Source: Candidatus Micrarchaeota archaeon (GTDB lineage: Archaea; Iainarchaeota; Iainarchaeia; JAADDC01). Taken from it: 10,801 nt of DNA. Location: the NCBI GenBank assembly GCA_027046625.1, contig JALTXX010000011.1:18435-29235 (forward strand), in the 5' to 3' direction. Made by a program: the position numbers and the translations under genes. Shown in pieces: positions 1 through 6,590 of this stretch; position 1 is the stretch's first letter; each line of letters starts with the position of its first letter. The notes beneath the pieces were generated by a model that made no database searches, was not told the DNA's origin, and saw only the letters and a program-made list of their open reading frames with translations.

Positions 1-1897
1 CGAATTGCGGGGATAACCCGCGGGAACCCGGGGAATTGAAACATCTTAGTACCCGGAGGAAAAGAAAGCAAACGCGATGCCGTGAGTAGGGGCGACCGAA
101 AGCGGCACAGCCCAAACCGAACCCCGGAGGGATAACCTTCGGGGGATGTGGTGTAATGTGGGCCGGGGGCACTCCCGACCACGGGTAGCCGAACTCCGGT
201 GGAAGTCCGGGGCCGAAGAGGGTGATAGCCCCGTAGGCGAAACCGTGGGGGAGATTCCCCGTGTCCCTGAGTACCGGGCGTTGGGACTCGCTCGGGAAGT
301 AGGGGGAAACTCGCCCCCAAGGCTAAATACTCCCCGAGTCCGATAGCGTACGAGTACCGTGAGGGAAAGCTGAAAAGTAGGGGTGGAACCCCGGTGAAAA
401 GAGCCTGAAACCAGCCGGGGATATGAGGTGCAGCGGGAAAGGATAATCCCCTGGAAGGAAGCCGGGGAAACCCGGTTGTACGACAGGGGATACCGCCGTT
501 GCACCGTCAGTCATGAATCACTGGCCGGGGAGTTCACCCGAGTGGCGAGCCTAAGGGGGTCAGCCCCGGAGGCGCAGGGAAACCGAGTGTCCCGCAGGGG
601 GTATCCCCCGAGGGGACCGGGTCTAAAATGGGCCCACAGTCACTCGGGTGAGACCCGAAGCCCGGCGATCTAGCCCGCGGCAGGGTGAAGCGGGTCATCA
701 GACCCGTGGAGGCCCGATACCGGTGCTGGTCTAACCGCTCGGGTGACCGCAGGGCTAGGGGCGAAAGACCAATCGAGCCGGGCGATAGCGGGCCCCCGCC
801 GAAATAGCCCTCAGGCTAGCCCGCCCTGAGGTTGTCCGGTGGGTAGAGCTACTGACTGGACCGGCACGGGGAGAATATCCCCACCGGTCCTGTCAAACTC
901 CGAACCGCCGGACTCCGTAGACGGGCGGAGTAGGGGACGGGGGGTAAGCTCCCGTTCCGAGAGGGGAACAACCCAGACCCGGGTTAAGGCCCCAAAGTGC
1001 CGGCTAAGTGCATCAAAGGATGTCCCCCTCCTGAGACAGCGGGGAGGTAGGCTTAGAAGCAGCCATCCTCTAAGGAGTGCGTAAAAGCTCACCCGCCGAG
1101 GAGGGAGGCGCCGAAGATGGACGGGGCTCAAGCCGGCCGCCGAGACCCGGGGGAGGGACCGGTGGTCCCTATCCCGTAGGCGGGCGTCCCGATGGCGTAG
1201 AAGGAGGGCCGTGAGGTCCTCTGGAGCCGTCGGGAATGAGGATCCCGGCGCTAGTAGCAACAAAGAGGGGTGAGAATCCCCTCCGCCGGAAGGGCCAGGG
1301 TTCCTCGGCACTGATCCTCAACCGAGGGTGAGTCGGTCCTAAGCCGGGTGGTAACACCTCCCCGGCGAAAGGGAAAGGGGTTAATATTCCCCTACCGTCC
1401 GGGTAGGTGCGGCAACGCAAGCCCAGCCCCCGACGCCTCGGGGTAGGCCGACACGGGTCGTCGCCCGTGCCAAACGGGATAGGCCCCTGGAGAGCCGTAA
1501 AGGCGAGAAAGGGGCCAAACCGTGACGGGGCGGGGTTTCCCGCTTCGGCTGATCCCTGGGGCCCGTGAAAAGGGGGTTGGGAACGATCCCGGACGACCGT
1601 ACCGAGAACGAGGACACGTGCCCCTGGCTGAGAAGGCCAAGGCGTGGCGGGTAACTCCGGCCGAGGGAATTCGGCAAACTGGCCCCGTATCTTCGGTAGA
1701 AGGGGTGCCTGCGGTCGTGGTAGCCCCACGAACCGCAGGTGGCACTGACAAGGGGGGTCCGACTGTTTATCAAAAACACAGGTCCCTGCTAGGCCGAAAG
1801 GCTTGGAACAGGGGCCGACGCCTGCTCACTGCCGGTACGTGAAGCCCGGGTACAACCGGGTGAAGCGCCGGTGAAGAGCGGGCCTAACCCTGAGGCT
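1..1897 (+). rRNA. rrl: 23S rRNA, 5' exon (true 5' end lies upstream of the window)
   Basis: Conserved LSU motifs: GAATTGAAACATCTTAGTACCC near 33, GAGTACCGTGAGGGAAAG near 352, GTPase centre GGCTTAGAAGCAGCCATCC...GCGTAAAAGCTCAC near 1050-1092, GGGAATTCGGCAAA near 1665, and helix 69 GGGCCTAACCCTGAGGCT ending at 1897. Confidence 0.98.
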
Positions 1898-2017
1898 CGA
1901 CCTTAAGGGCCTCACAAAACCCCGCTATATGCTGGGATCCCGCTGAGCCGCGCCGGTCCCGAGGAGGGAACAAACCGGCGTTAGGCAGATGATGGGGAAC
2001 CAGCAGGGAAGCACCAC

Positions 2018-2024
2018 GGAGGTG
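2018..2024 (+). promoter_or_regulatory. Shine-Dalgarno sequence GGAGGTG for the intron ORF
   Basis: GGAGGTG lies 6 nt before the TTG at 2031. Its GGAG part belongs to the 5' strand of P6a. Confidence 0.75.
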
Positions 2025-2030
2025 TAAGCC

Positions 2031-2567
2031 TTGGAAGGAACAAACATCAGGAAATACTACAGGAAAAGAAAACGATTCTTTGATTATATTGCAGGTTTTG
2101 TGGATGCAGGCGGAAGTTTCACAGTTAGCATAAAAAAGGGGGAAACAAGGTGGGGTTACGCAGTAGACCCAGAGTTCAAGATAAGCGTCAGAAAAGAGGA
2201 TGCAGAGGTTCTTTACCTCATCAGTGAAGCCTTACAGTGCGGAAAAATATACAGGAAACCAGGCAGCAGCCAGCTAATGTTTGTAGTGAAGGACAAGAGA
2301 ACCCTTAAGGAGAAGATCCTGCCCTTCTTCAGAAGGCACCCATTAATTGTAAAGCAAAAAGAGTTACAGATCTTCAGCGATATCGTGGAAAGGCTAAACA
2401 AAGGGGAACATCTCACAAAGGAGGGTTTCATCAGGGTATTAAGGCTTGCTGAGAAGCTTAGGAAACTACACAGAAAGGGAAAAAGCAGCTATAACATAGA
2501 GAGGATTATAGAAGAGCTCCGTGGTGCCCCTCAGAGACCATACGCGGGGCGCCCCGAAAAGGGATAG
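2031..2567 (+). CDS. Intron-encoded single-motif LAGLIDADG protein, I-CeuI-like, probably nuclease-deficient
   Basis: YIAGFVDAGGSF motif. The blocks VDPEF, VLYL, GKIYRKPGS and EKILPFF parallel I-CeuI (VDPEF, VLYL, GRIRHKSGS, EKVIPFY, as recalled), which is the L1923 intron enzyme. TTG start with an SD; A-rich ORF inserted in loop L6. Confidence 0.92.
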   Translation: MEGTNIRKYYRKRKRFFDYIAGFVDAGGSFTVSIKKGETRWGYAVDPEFKISVRKEDAEVLYLISEALQCGKIYRKPGSSQLMFVVKDKRTLKEKILPFFRRHPLIVKQKELQIFSDIVERLNKGEHLTKEGFIRVLRLAEKLRKLHRKGKSSYNIERIIEELRGAPQRPYAGRPEKG

Positions 2568-2623
2568 CATCCCGAAAGGGGCGATGATATGGTCCACCCC
2601 CACGGGAAACCGTGGGAGAGGGG

Positions 2624-3627
2624 CTTAAGGTAGCGTAATACCTCGCCGCTTAATTGGCGGCTTGCATGAAGGGCGTAACGAGACCCCCGCTGTCCCCGGC
2701 CGGAACCCGGCGAACGCACTTGGTGGTGTACATGCCACCGACCCCCGACGGGAGGTGAAGACCCCGTGGAGCTTTACCGCAGCCTGGCGTTGCCCGTGGG
2801 GTTCCTGTGCTCAGCGTAGGCGGGAGCCGTCGAAGCGGGGTCTTCGGGCCCCGTGGAGGCGCCCATGAGACACCGCCCACAGGAACTTCACGGGCTTACC
2901 CCGAAAGGGGGACATCGTCAGGTGGGCGGTTTGGCTGGGGCGGCACGCCGCTGATAAGGCATCAGCGGCGCCCAAAGGTCGGCTCAGGCGGGTCAGAAAT
3001 CCGCCGTAGAGTGCAAGGGCAGAAGCCGGCTTGACGGTGCTCCCAACAGCAGGGGGCGCCGAGGGGAAACCCGGGCCTAGCGAACCACAGGCTGGCACGA
3101 GTGGCCGCCTGTGCTGTCGGAGAAGTTACCCCGGGGGTAACAGAGTGGTCGCGGGCGAGAGCCCACATCGACCCCGCGGTTTGCTGCTCCGATGTCGGCT
3201 CGTGGTATCCTGGCCGTGCAGAAGCGGCCAAGGGTAGGGTTGTTCACCCGTTAAAACCGCACGTGAGCTGGGTTAAGTACGGCGCGAGCCAGTACGGTTA
3301 CTATCTGTCGGGGGTGTTGGCCGCCTGAGGGGAAGCTCCGCCAAGTACGAAAGGAACGGCGGGGCGCGGCCTCTGGTGGACCGGTTGTCCGACAGGGCAC
3401 TGCCGGGTAGCTACGCCGTAGGGGATAACCGCTGAAGGCATCTAAGCGGGAAGCCCTCCCCGAAAAATAGGCGGCCGTTCGTCTGTTGGGGAGCTTCGGC
3501 TCTCCGGCAGACGACGAGGGCTCCGGCAGAACACCGGGTTGATAGGCGCCGGGTGTACGGCGGAAGGGTTTCCGACCGCCTCAGCCCTGGCGTACTAATC
3601 GCCCGAGCTGTACCCTCGGTCCGGACC
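2624..3627 (+). rRNA. rrl: 23S rRNA, 3' exon (3' end approximate)
   Basis: CTTAAGGTAGCG, GAAGACCCCGTGGAGCTTTAC, P-loop GGCTGGGGCGG, PTC ...TAACAG and CGATGTCGGCTC, A-loop TGTTC, sarcin-ricin loop AGTACGAAAGGA at 3344-3355, GCTGAAGGCATCTAAGC, and TACTAATCGCCCGAG near 3593. Confidence 0.97.
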
Positions 3628-3648
3628 TAATCCTGTGGGCGGCGTAAC

Positions 3649-3687
3649 CTAGATATTCTCCTTCTTGAATTCGATAAACCAAAGCTT
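3649..3687 (+). pseudogene. Short remnant of an ATPase/PD-(D/E)XK paralog
   Basis: Translates to LDILLLEFDKPKL versus VDILLLEFKKPKI at 6330-6368 (10/13 identical); many of the nucleotide differences are synonymous. Confidence 0.55.
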
Positions 3688-4310
3688 CCAGCCAAGAATC
3701 AATCACTCAAGCATGCACCACTCAAGGAGATTATACCACCGAAGAGCCGTGGAAAGTTATCAAAAGAAGGTTTGGTGATCCTCACCTAGCATACATGGTG
3801 TATACATCTCTACAAGGAGGCTCTGCAAAACAACATCCCAGAGAACTCATCAAAAAGGCGTTGACCCAGATGATCAAAAACGCTAGGGGCGTACTTTTCG
3901 AAGTAGTCCTTCCAAAGGCAGGCTTGGAAGCAATTATAAACAACGTAAAAGAAGGAGAGCTGTACCACCATGGCGGAAGAAAGGAAAAGTTCAGACAAAC
4001 GATTATTCCTCAAGACAAGAACTTTGGATGGTGGGTCTTCGAACAGACGCTGCATGATAAAAGAGGGAAGGTACTGGCTCACCAGAGGGCACTTATTCCC
4101 ACTCTCTTAAATGAAGAAGCCTTTCTAAATCTGCTAAGAGAGATTGGGAGAGAGATTAAGAAGAAAGTAAAAATTGTAGATGTTAGAGACAGGGATTCCC
4201 ACAAACCACCGGGGAAGGAGTATGCACACTGGTACCTCATCACAACAGAAGAGGTAAAGCACCCCTATAGGGAAAGTAGGGTCTTGGAAAGGGTCCTAGT
4301 CAGACAATAA
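3678..4310 (+). pseudogene. Probable 5'-truncated class I SAM-dependent methyltransferase-like gene (called ORF 3795-4310)
   Basis: The frame is open from 3678 and reads ...QGDYTTEEPWKVIKRRFGDPHLAYMVYTSL...ALTQMIKNARGVLFEVV..., resembling the post-motif-I half of a Rossmann methyltransferase. There is no GxGxG motif I and no good start upstream of 3795. The assignment is by eye only. Confidence 0.4.
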
Positions 4311-4414
4311 TAACGATAGGAGAGTAGGTTTTTGCACGTAGCAATAACGGAAGAGGTAAGATATAAACTAAAACGATATGCACCCCATATAGAGGTAGAG
4401 GTGCATAGCATCCC

Positions 4415-5179
4415 ATGAATCCCGCCACCCTATACAACAGCATCATAGAAGAGCTCAAAGCAAGAGAAAGGGATGGGGTGTGGACCCTATTTAATGATCC
4501 TCATCCGCTCCCTACTGCTGGTGCTGTACTACTTCTTTGCACAGAAGGTTACTGCAAGAACCACTATATAGACTCTATAAAGAAAGTAGCAGAGGAGGCA
4601 ACAGATGCAGAAAGTCTAAGATACGTAGCTCTTGCCTTGTATAGGTTGGGATTGCCAACTAAGAGGGCGGAAGACAAGCTAAAGAGGCTATATAAAGATG
4701 GTATGTGGAGGATAAACATGAAACTTCCGCCTGATCCTCTAACCACCTCCGCCATACTTGTTTCCCTTCACAACACACCCCTACTAAAAAAGGAAAGAAG
4801 GGCTGCCATTGAGCGCATAAAAGAGGAGAATAGGCTGCCGGAAGACATTGAGAGGCTAATAGGTGGACAAAGGCCTATCATATTAAACCTTTACAGGGCT
4901 TTGGCCCTTTCTCTATATGGAAAAGAGGAGGCAAAAGGGATATGGAATAGTATAAAAACCAAAGAACTAGTAGATCTACCCCCAAAAGTATACTTAGACA
5001 GGGGAATAAGGGAGGACAGACATTACCCAGCAGTGCTCTCCGCACTCTTGGCAAAAACCATGAAAGAAAATGTAGACAGATATCTGGAACCCTTCAAACG
5101 ACTTAACATAAAAAGGGAAGATAATGCTAGGCTCGTAACATTTGGATTCTATTTAGGGAAGTTACTTGAAAGGATTTAG
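4415..5179 (+). CDS. Hypothetical protein with prenyltransferase/terpene-cyclase-like (QW-like) alpha/alpha-barrel repeats
   Basis: 254-aa ORF with two repeats, LKARERDGVWTLFNDPHPLPTAGAVLLL and LKRLYKDGMWRINMKLPPDPLTTSAILVSL. GAGGTG at 4398-4403 is a possible SD. Confidence 0.65.
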   Translation: MNPATLYNSIIEELKARERDGVWTLFNDPHPLPTAGAVLLLCTEGYCKNHYIDSIKKVAEEATDAESLRYVALALYRLGLPTKRAEDKLKRLYKDGMWRINMKLPPDPLTTSAILVSLHNTPLLKKERRAAIERIKEENRLPEDIERLIGGQRPIILNLYRALALSLYGKEEAKGIWNSIKTKELVDLPPKVYLDRGIREDRHYPAVLSALLAKTMKENVDRYLEPFKRLNIKREDNARLVTFGFYLGKLLERI

Positions 5180-5185
5180 GGGATT

Positions 5186-5365
5186 ATGTACATCAGCAGA
5201 CCATTCCTTGAGGAAAAGATCAGAAGGGGAGGAAGAATACTGACTCTCCTAACCTACCTCCATAGGAAAAGAACACTACCAGAGGCAAACACAGGCCTCG
5301 TATCTAAGTGAACAGAGCTGGAGGTGTGGGATGTGGAGAGGATGAGAGAAGAGGTGAGGGTTTAA
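5186..5365 (+). pseudogene. Internally deleted third ATPase paralog
   Basis: ATG 5186 gives MYISRPFLEEKIRRGGRIL, resembling the N-termini of the two ATPases up to just before Walker A. After an in-frame TGA (5309-5311) the same frame gives TELEVWDVERMREEVRV*. 5311-5347 is identical to 7739-7775. Confidence 0.8.
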
Positions 5366-5386
5366 AATGTGATAATGTTATTATCA
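5361..5386 (+). promoter_or_regulatory. TATA box TTTAAAAT plus palindromic operator candidate TGATAAT-N3-ATTATCA
   Basis: The TATA-like element at 5361-5368 ends 22 nt before ATG 5391, the spacing expected for a leaderless transcript. A perfect 7-3-7 inverted repeat lies at 5370-5386. Confidence 0.6.
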
Positions 5387-5390
5387 TATT

Positions 5391-6560
5391 ATGATTATCA
5401 GAAGGGTGGAGTTGGACAGAATCCTTAATGGAGATAGACTGCTCCTCTATGGAAGAAGGAAAACAGGCAAGACATTTTACACACTCTACAAAAAGAAAGA
5501 CTGGGATTACGCCATAGTAAGATCAAGAAATGCAGTTTTAGTTGGTGATACAACCATGGACATAAACTCTTTTCTTGTGTACGCAAGGAAGGTAGACAGC
5601 ATAGTGATTGATGAGTTTCATAGGGCAGATCCCGTATTATTTGATGCACTTCAAGCTCACAAGCTCCCAGAAAATACCATACTAATTACATCCACAATGC
5701 ATCTCTTTAGGCAGAGGGAGGCATACTCTAAAATACTTGGCCTCCTCCCCGAACATAAGGTACCCCTCATATCTCCAGTGGATCTGGTTAGAGTCCTTCA
5801 GGGCGAGAGTCTCGAAAACGTCCTATTTTGGCAGGAGCCCACACAGATAGGACAAACCCTTGAAGATATACTTAGAAGTGGAAGGCTTTTTGTTCGGGAA
5901 CTCGTAGGAGAGATCCTTACAGAAGAAGACATCGCCATTCATAAGAAGATGGAGGGCATTCTGCTTGCCACTGCTGGCTCCACCACAAAACTCACAGATA
6001 TTGCAGGAACTTTAGCAAGATTTGGTTATATAGATAGGGCTGAGACTGGGCTCATAACCCCCTATATTGATACAGCAATAAAGATCGGGCTCATAGAGAG
6101 AGTTCCCCTCTTTGGAAAGAGAAGAGGTAGTCTTTACAGACATACCTCACCACTAACAGACTTGTTCTACTACCTTGACAAGAAATATGGCATCTTTGAG
6201 AGAGATTTACCCATTAAATTCCTTCTTAAGGTAATAAAGAAGAGGATTTCCTTCTATGTGGAACGCTTTGTTGAACAACTACTTGCAGAACTTTATGGAC
6301 TTCAACCAGTAAAATGTTTGAAACCAGAGGTAGACATTCTTCTCCTAGAATTCAAGAAGCCGAAGATTGTGGGGGAGGTGAAGTGGAAGGATAAGATAAC
6401 AAAGAGGGAGGTTAGGGAGGTGGAGGAGAAGCTGGAAATATTTGAAGGGGCGAGAAAGATCCTCTTTGTGAAGGATGCTTCCTCTGTGCCAGAAACAGAG
6501 CTGGAGGTGTGGGATGTGGAGAGGATTGGGGAGGAGGCGATAAAAATATCTAAGGATTGA
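5391..6560 (+). CDS. Archaeal ATPase (COG1672-like, STAND-related) with winged helix and C-terminal DUF234/PD-(D/E)XK nuclease-like domain
   Basis: Walker A YGRRKTGKT, Walker B IVIDEFHR, wHTH-like TTKLTDIA...YIDTAIKIGLIERVP, and nuclease motif EVDILLL...GEVKW. Confidence 0.9.
   Translation: MIIRRVELDRILNGDRLLLYGRRKTGKTFYTLYKKKDWDYAIVRSRNAVLVGDTTMDINSFLVYARKVDSIVIDEFHRADPVLFDALQAHKLPENTILITSTMHLFRQREAYSKILGLLPEHKVPLISPVDLVRVLQGESLENVLFWQEPTQIGQTLEDILRSGRLFVRELVGEILTEEDIAIHKKMEGILLATAGSTTKLTDIAGTLARFGYIDRAETGLITPYIDTAIKIGLIERVPLFGKRRGSLYRHTSPLTDLFYYLDKKYGIFERDLPIKFLLKVIKKRISFYVERFVEQLLAELYGLQPVKCLKPEVDILLLEFKKPKIVGEVKWKDKITKREVREVEEKLEIFEGARKILFVKDASSVPETELEVWDVERIGEEAIKISKD
6370..6431 (+). 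repeat. Direct repeat block 1, copy A (copy B at 7600-7661)
   Basis: 61/62 nt identical; the single mismatch is 6406 G versus 7636 A. Confidence 0.95.
6474..6526 (+). repeat. Direct repeat block 2, copy A (copy B at 7719-7771; partial copy at 5311-5343)
   Basis: 53/53 nt identical between copies A and B; the last 33 nt are also present at 5311-5343. Confidence 0.95.
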
Positions 6561-6569
6561 TTTTTAATA
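6561..6569 (+). promoter_or_regulatory. Possible TATA box for the second ATPase
   Basis: TTTTTAATA ends about 21 nt before ATG 6591, the same spacing as for the first ATPase, and there is no SD. The T-run could also act as a terminator. Confidence 0.4.
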
Positions 6570-6590
6570 ATTGTTACACCAATCATTAAT

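Larger units (their letters stand above)
1898..2623 (+). mobile_element. Group I self-splicing intron at 23S position L1923 (726 nt, probably subgroup IB)
   Basis: Removing it restores ...GAGGCT|CTTAAGGTAGCG. P1 1891-1898/1907-1914 with a U1897.G1908 wobble; P10 ACCTTAAG 1900-1907 with 3' exon CTTAAGGT 2624-2631; P3 CCCCGC 1920-1925/GCGGGG 2544-2549; P4 TGCTGG 1930-1935/CCAGCA 2000-2005; P6a 2011-2021/2517-2527; P7 G(A)GACCA 2534-2540/TGGTCC 2590-2595; P8 2550-2555/2578-2583; P9 CCCACGG-GAAA-CCGTGGG 2599-2616; terminal G at 2623. Confidence 0.95.

Noticed and set aside
1898-2623. Archaeal bulge-helix-bulge intron interpretation
   Set aside because: No long terminal stem or BHB joins the two junctions, whereas the full group I core is present.
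46-3328. Many ORFs on both strands overlapping the rRNA
   Set aside because: Chance open frames in GC-rich rRNA. Only 2031-2567 has protein motifs, an SD and coding-like composition.
3479-3514. Long UUCG-capped hairpin as a terminator or insertion
   Set aside because: It lies inside the 23S at the variable helix 98 position, with conserved rRNA sequence after it.
3628-3790. 5S rRNA or tRNA downstream of the 23S
   Set aside because: No 5S or cloverleaf/TTCGA-arm structure is present, and the composition switches to coding-like.
5309-5311. TGA readthrough (selenocysteine or recoding) in the 5186-5365 frame
   Set aside because: The TGA sits exactly at the edge of the repeat homology, as expected for a deletion junction, and TGA is a normal stop at 6558-6560.
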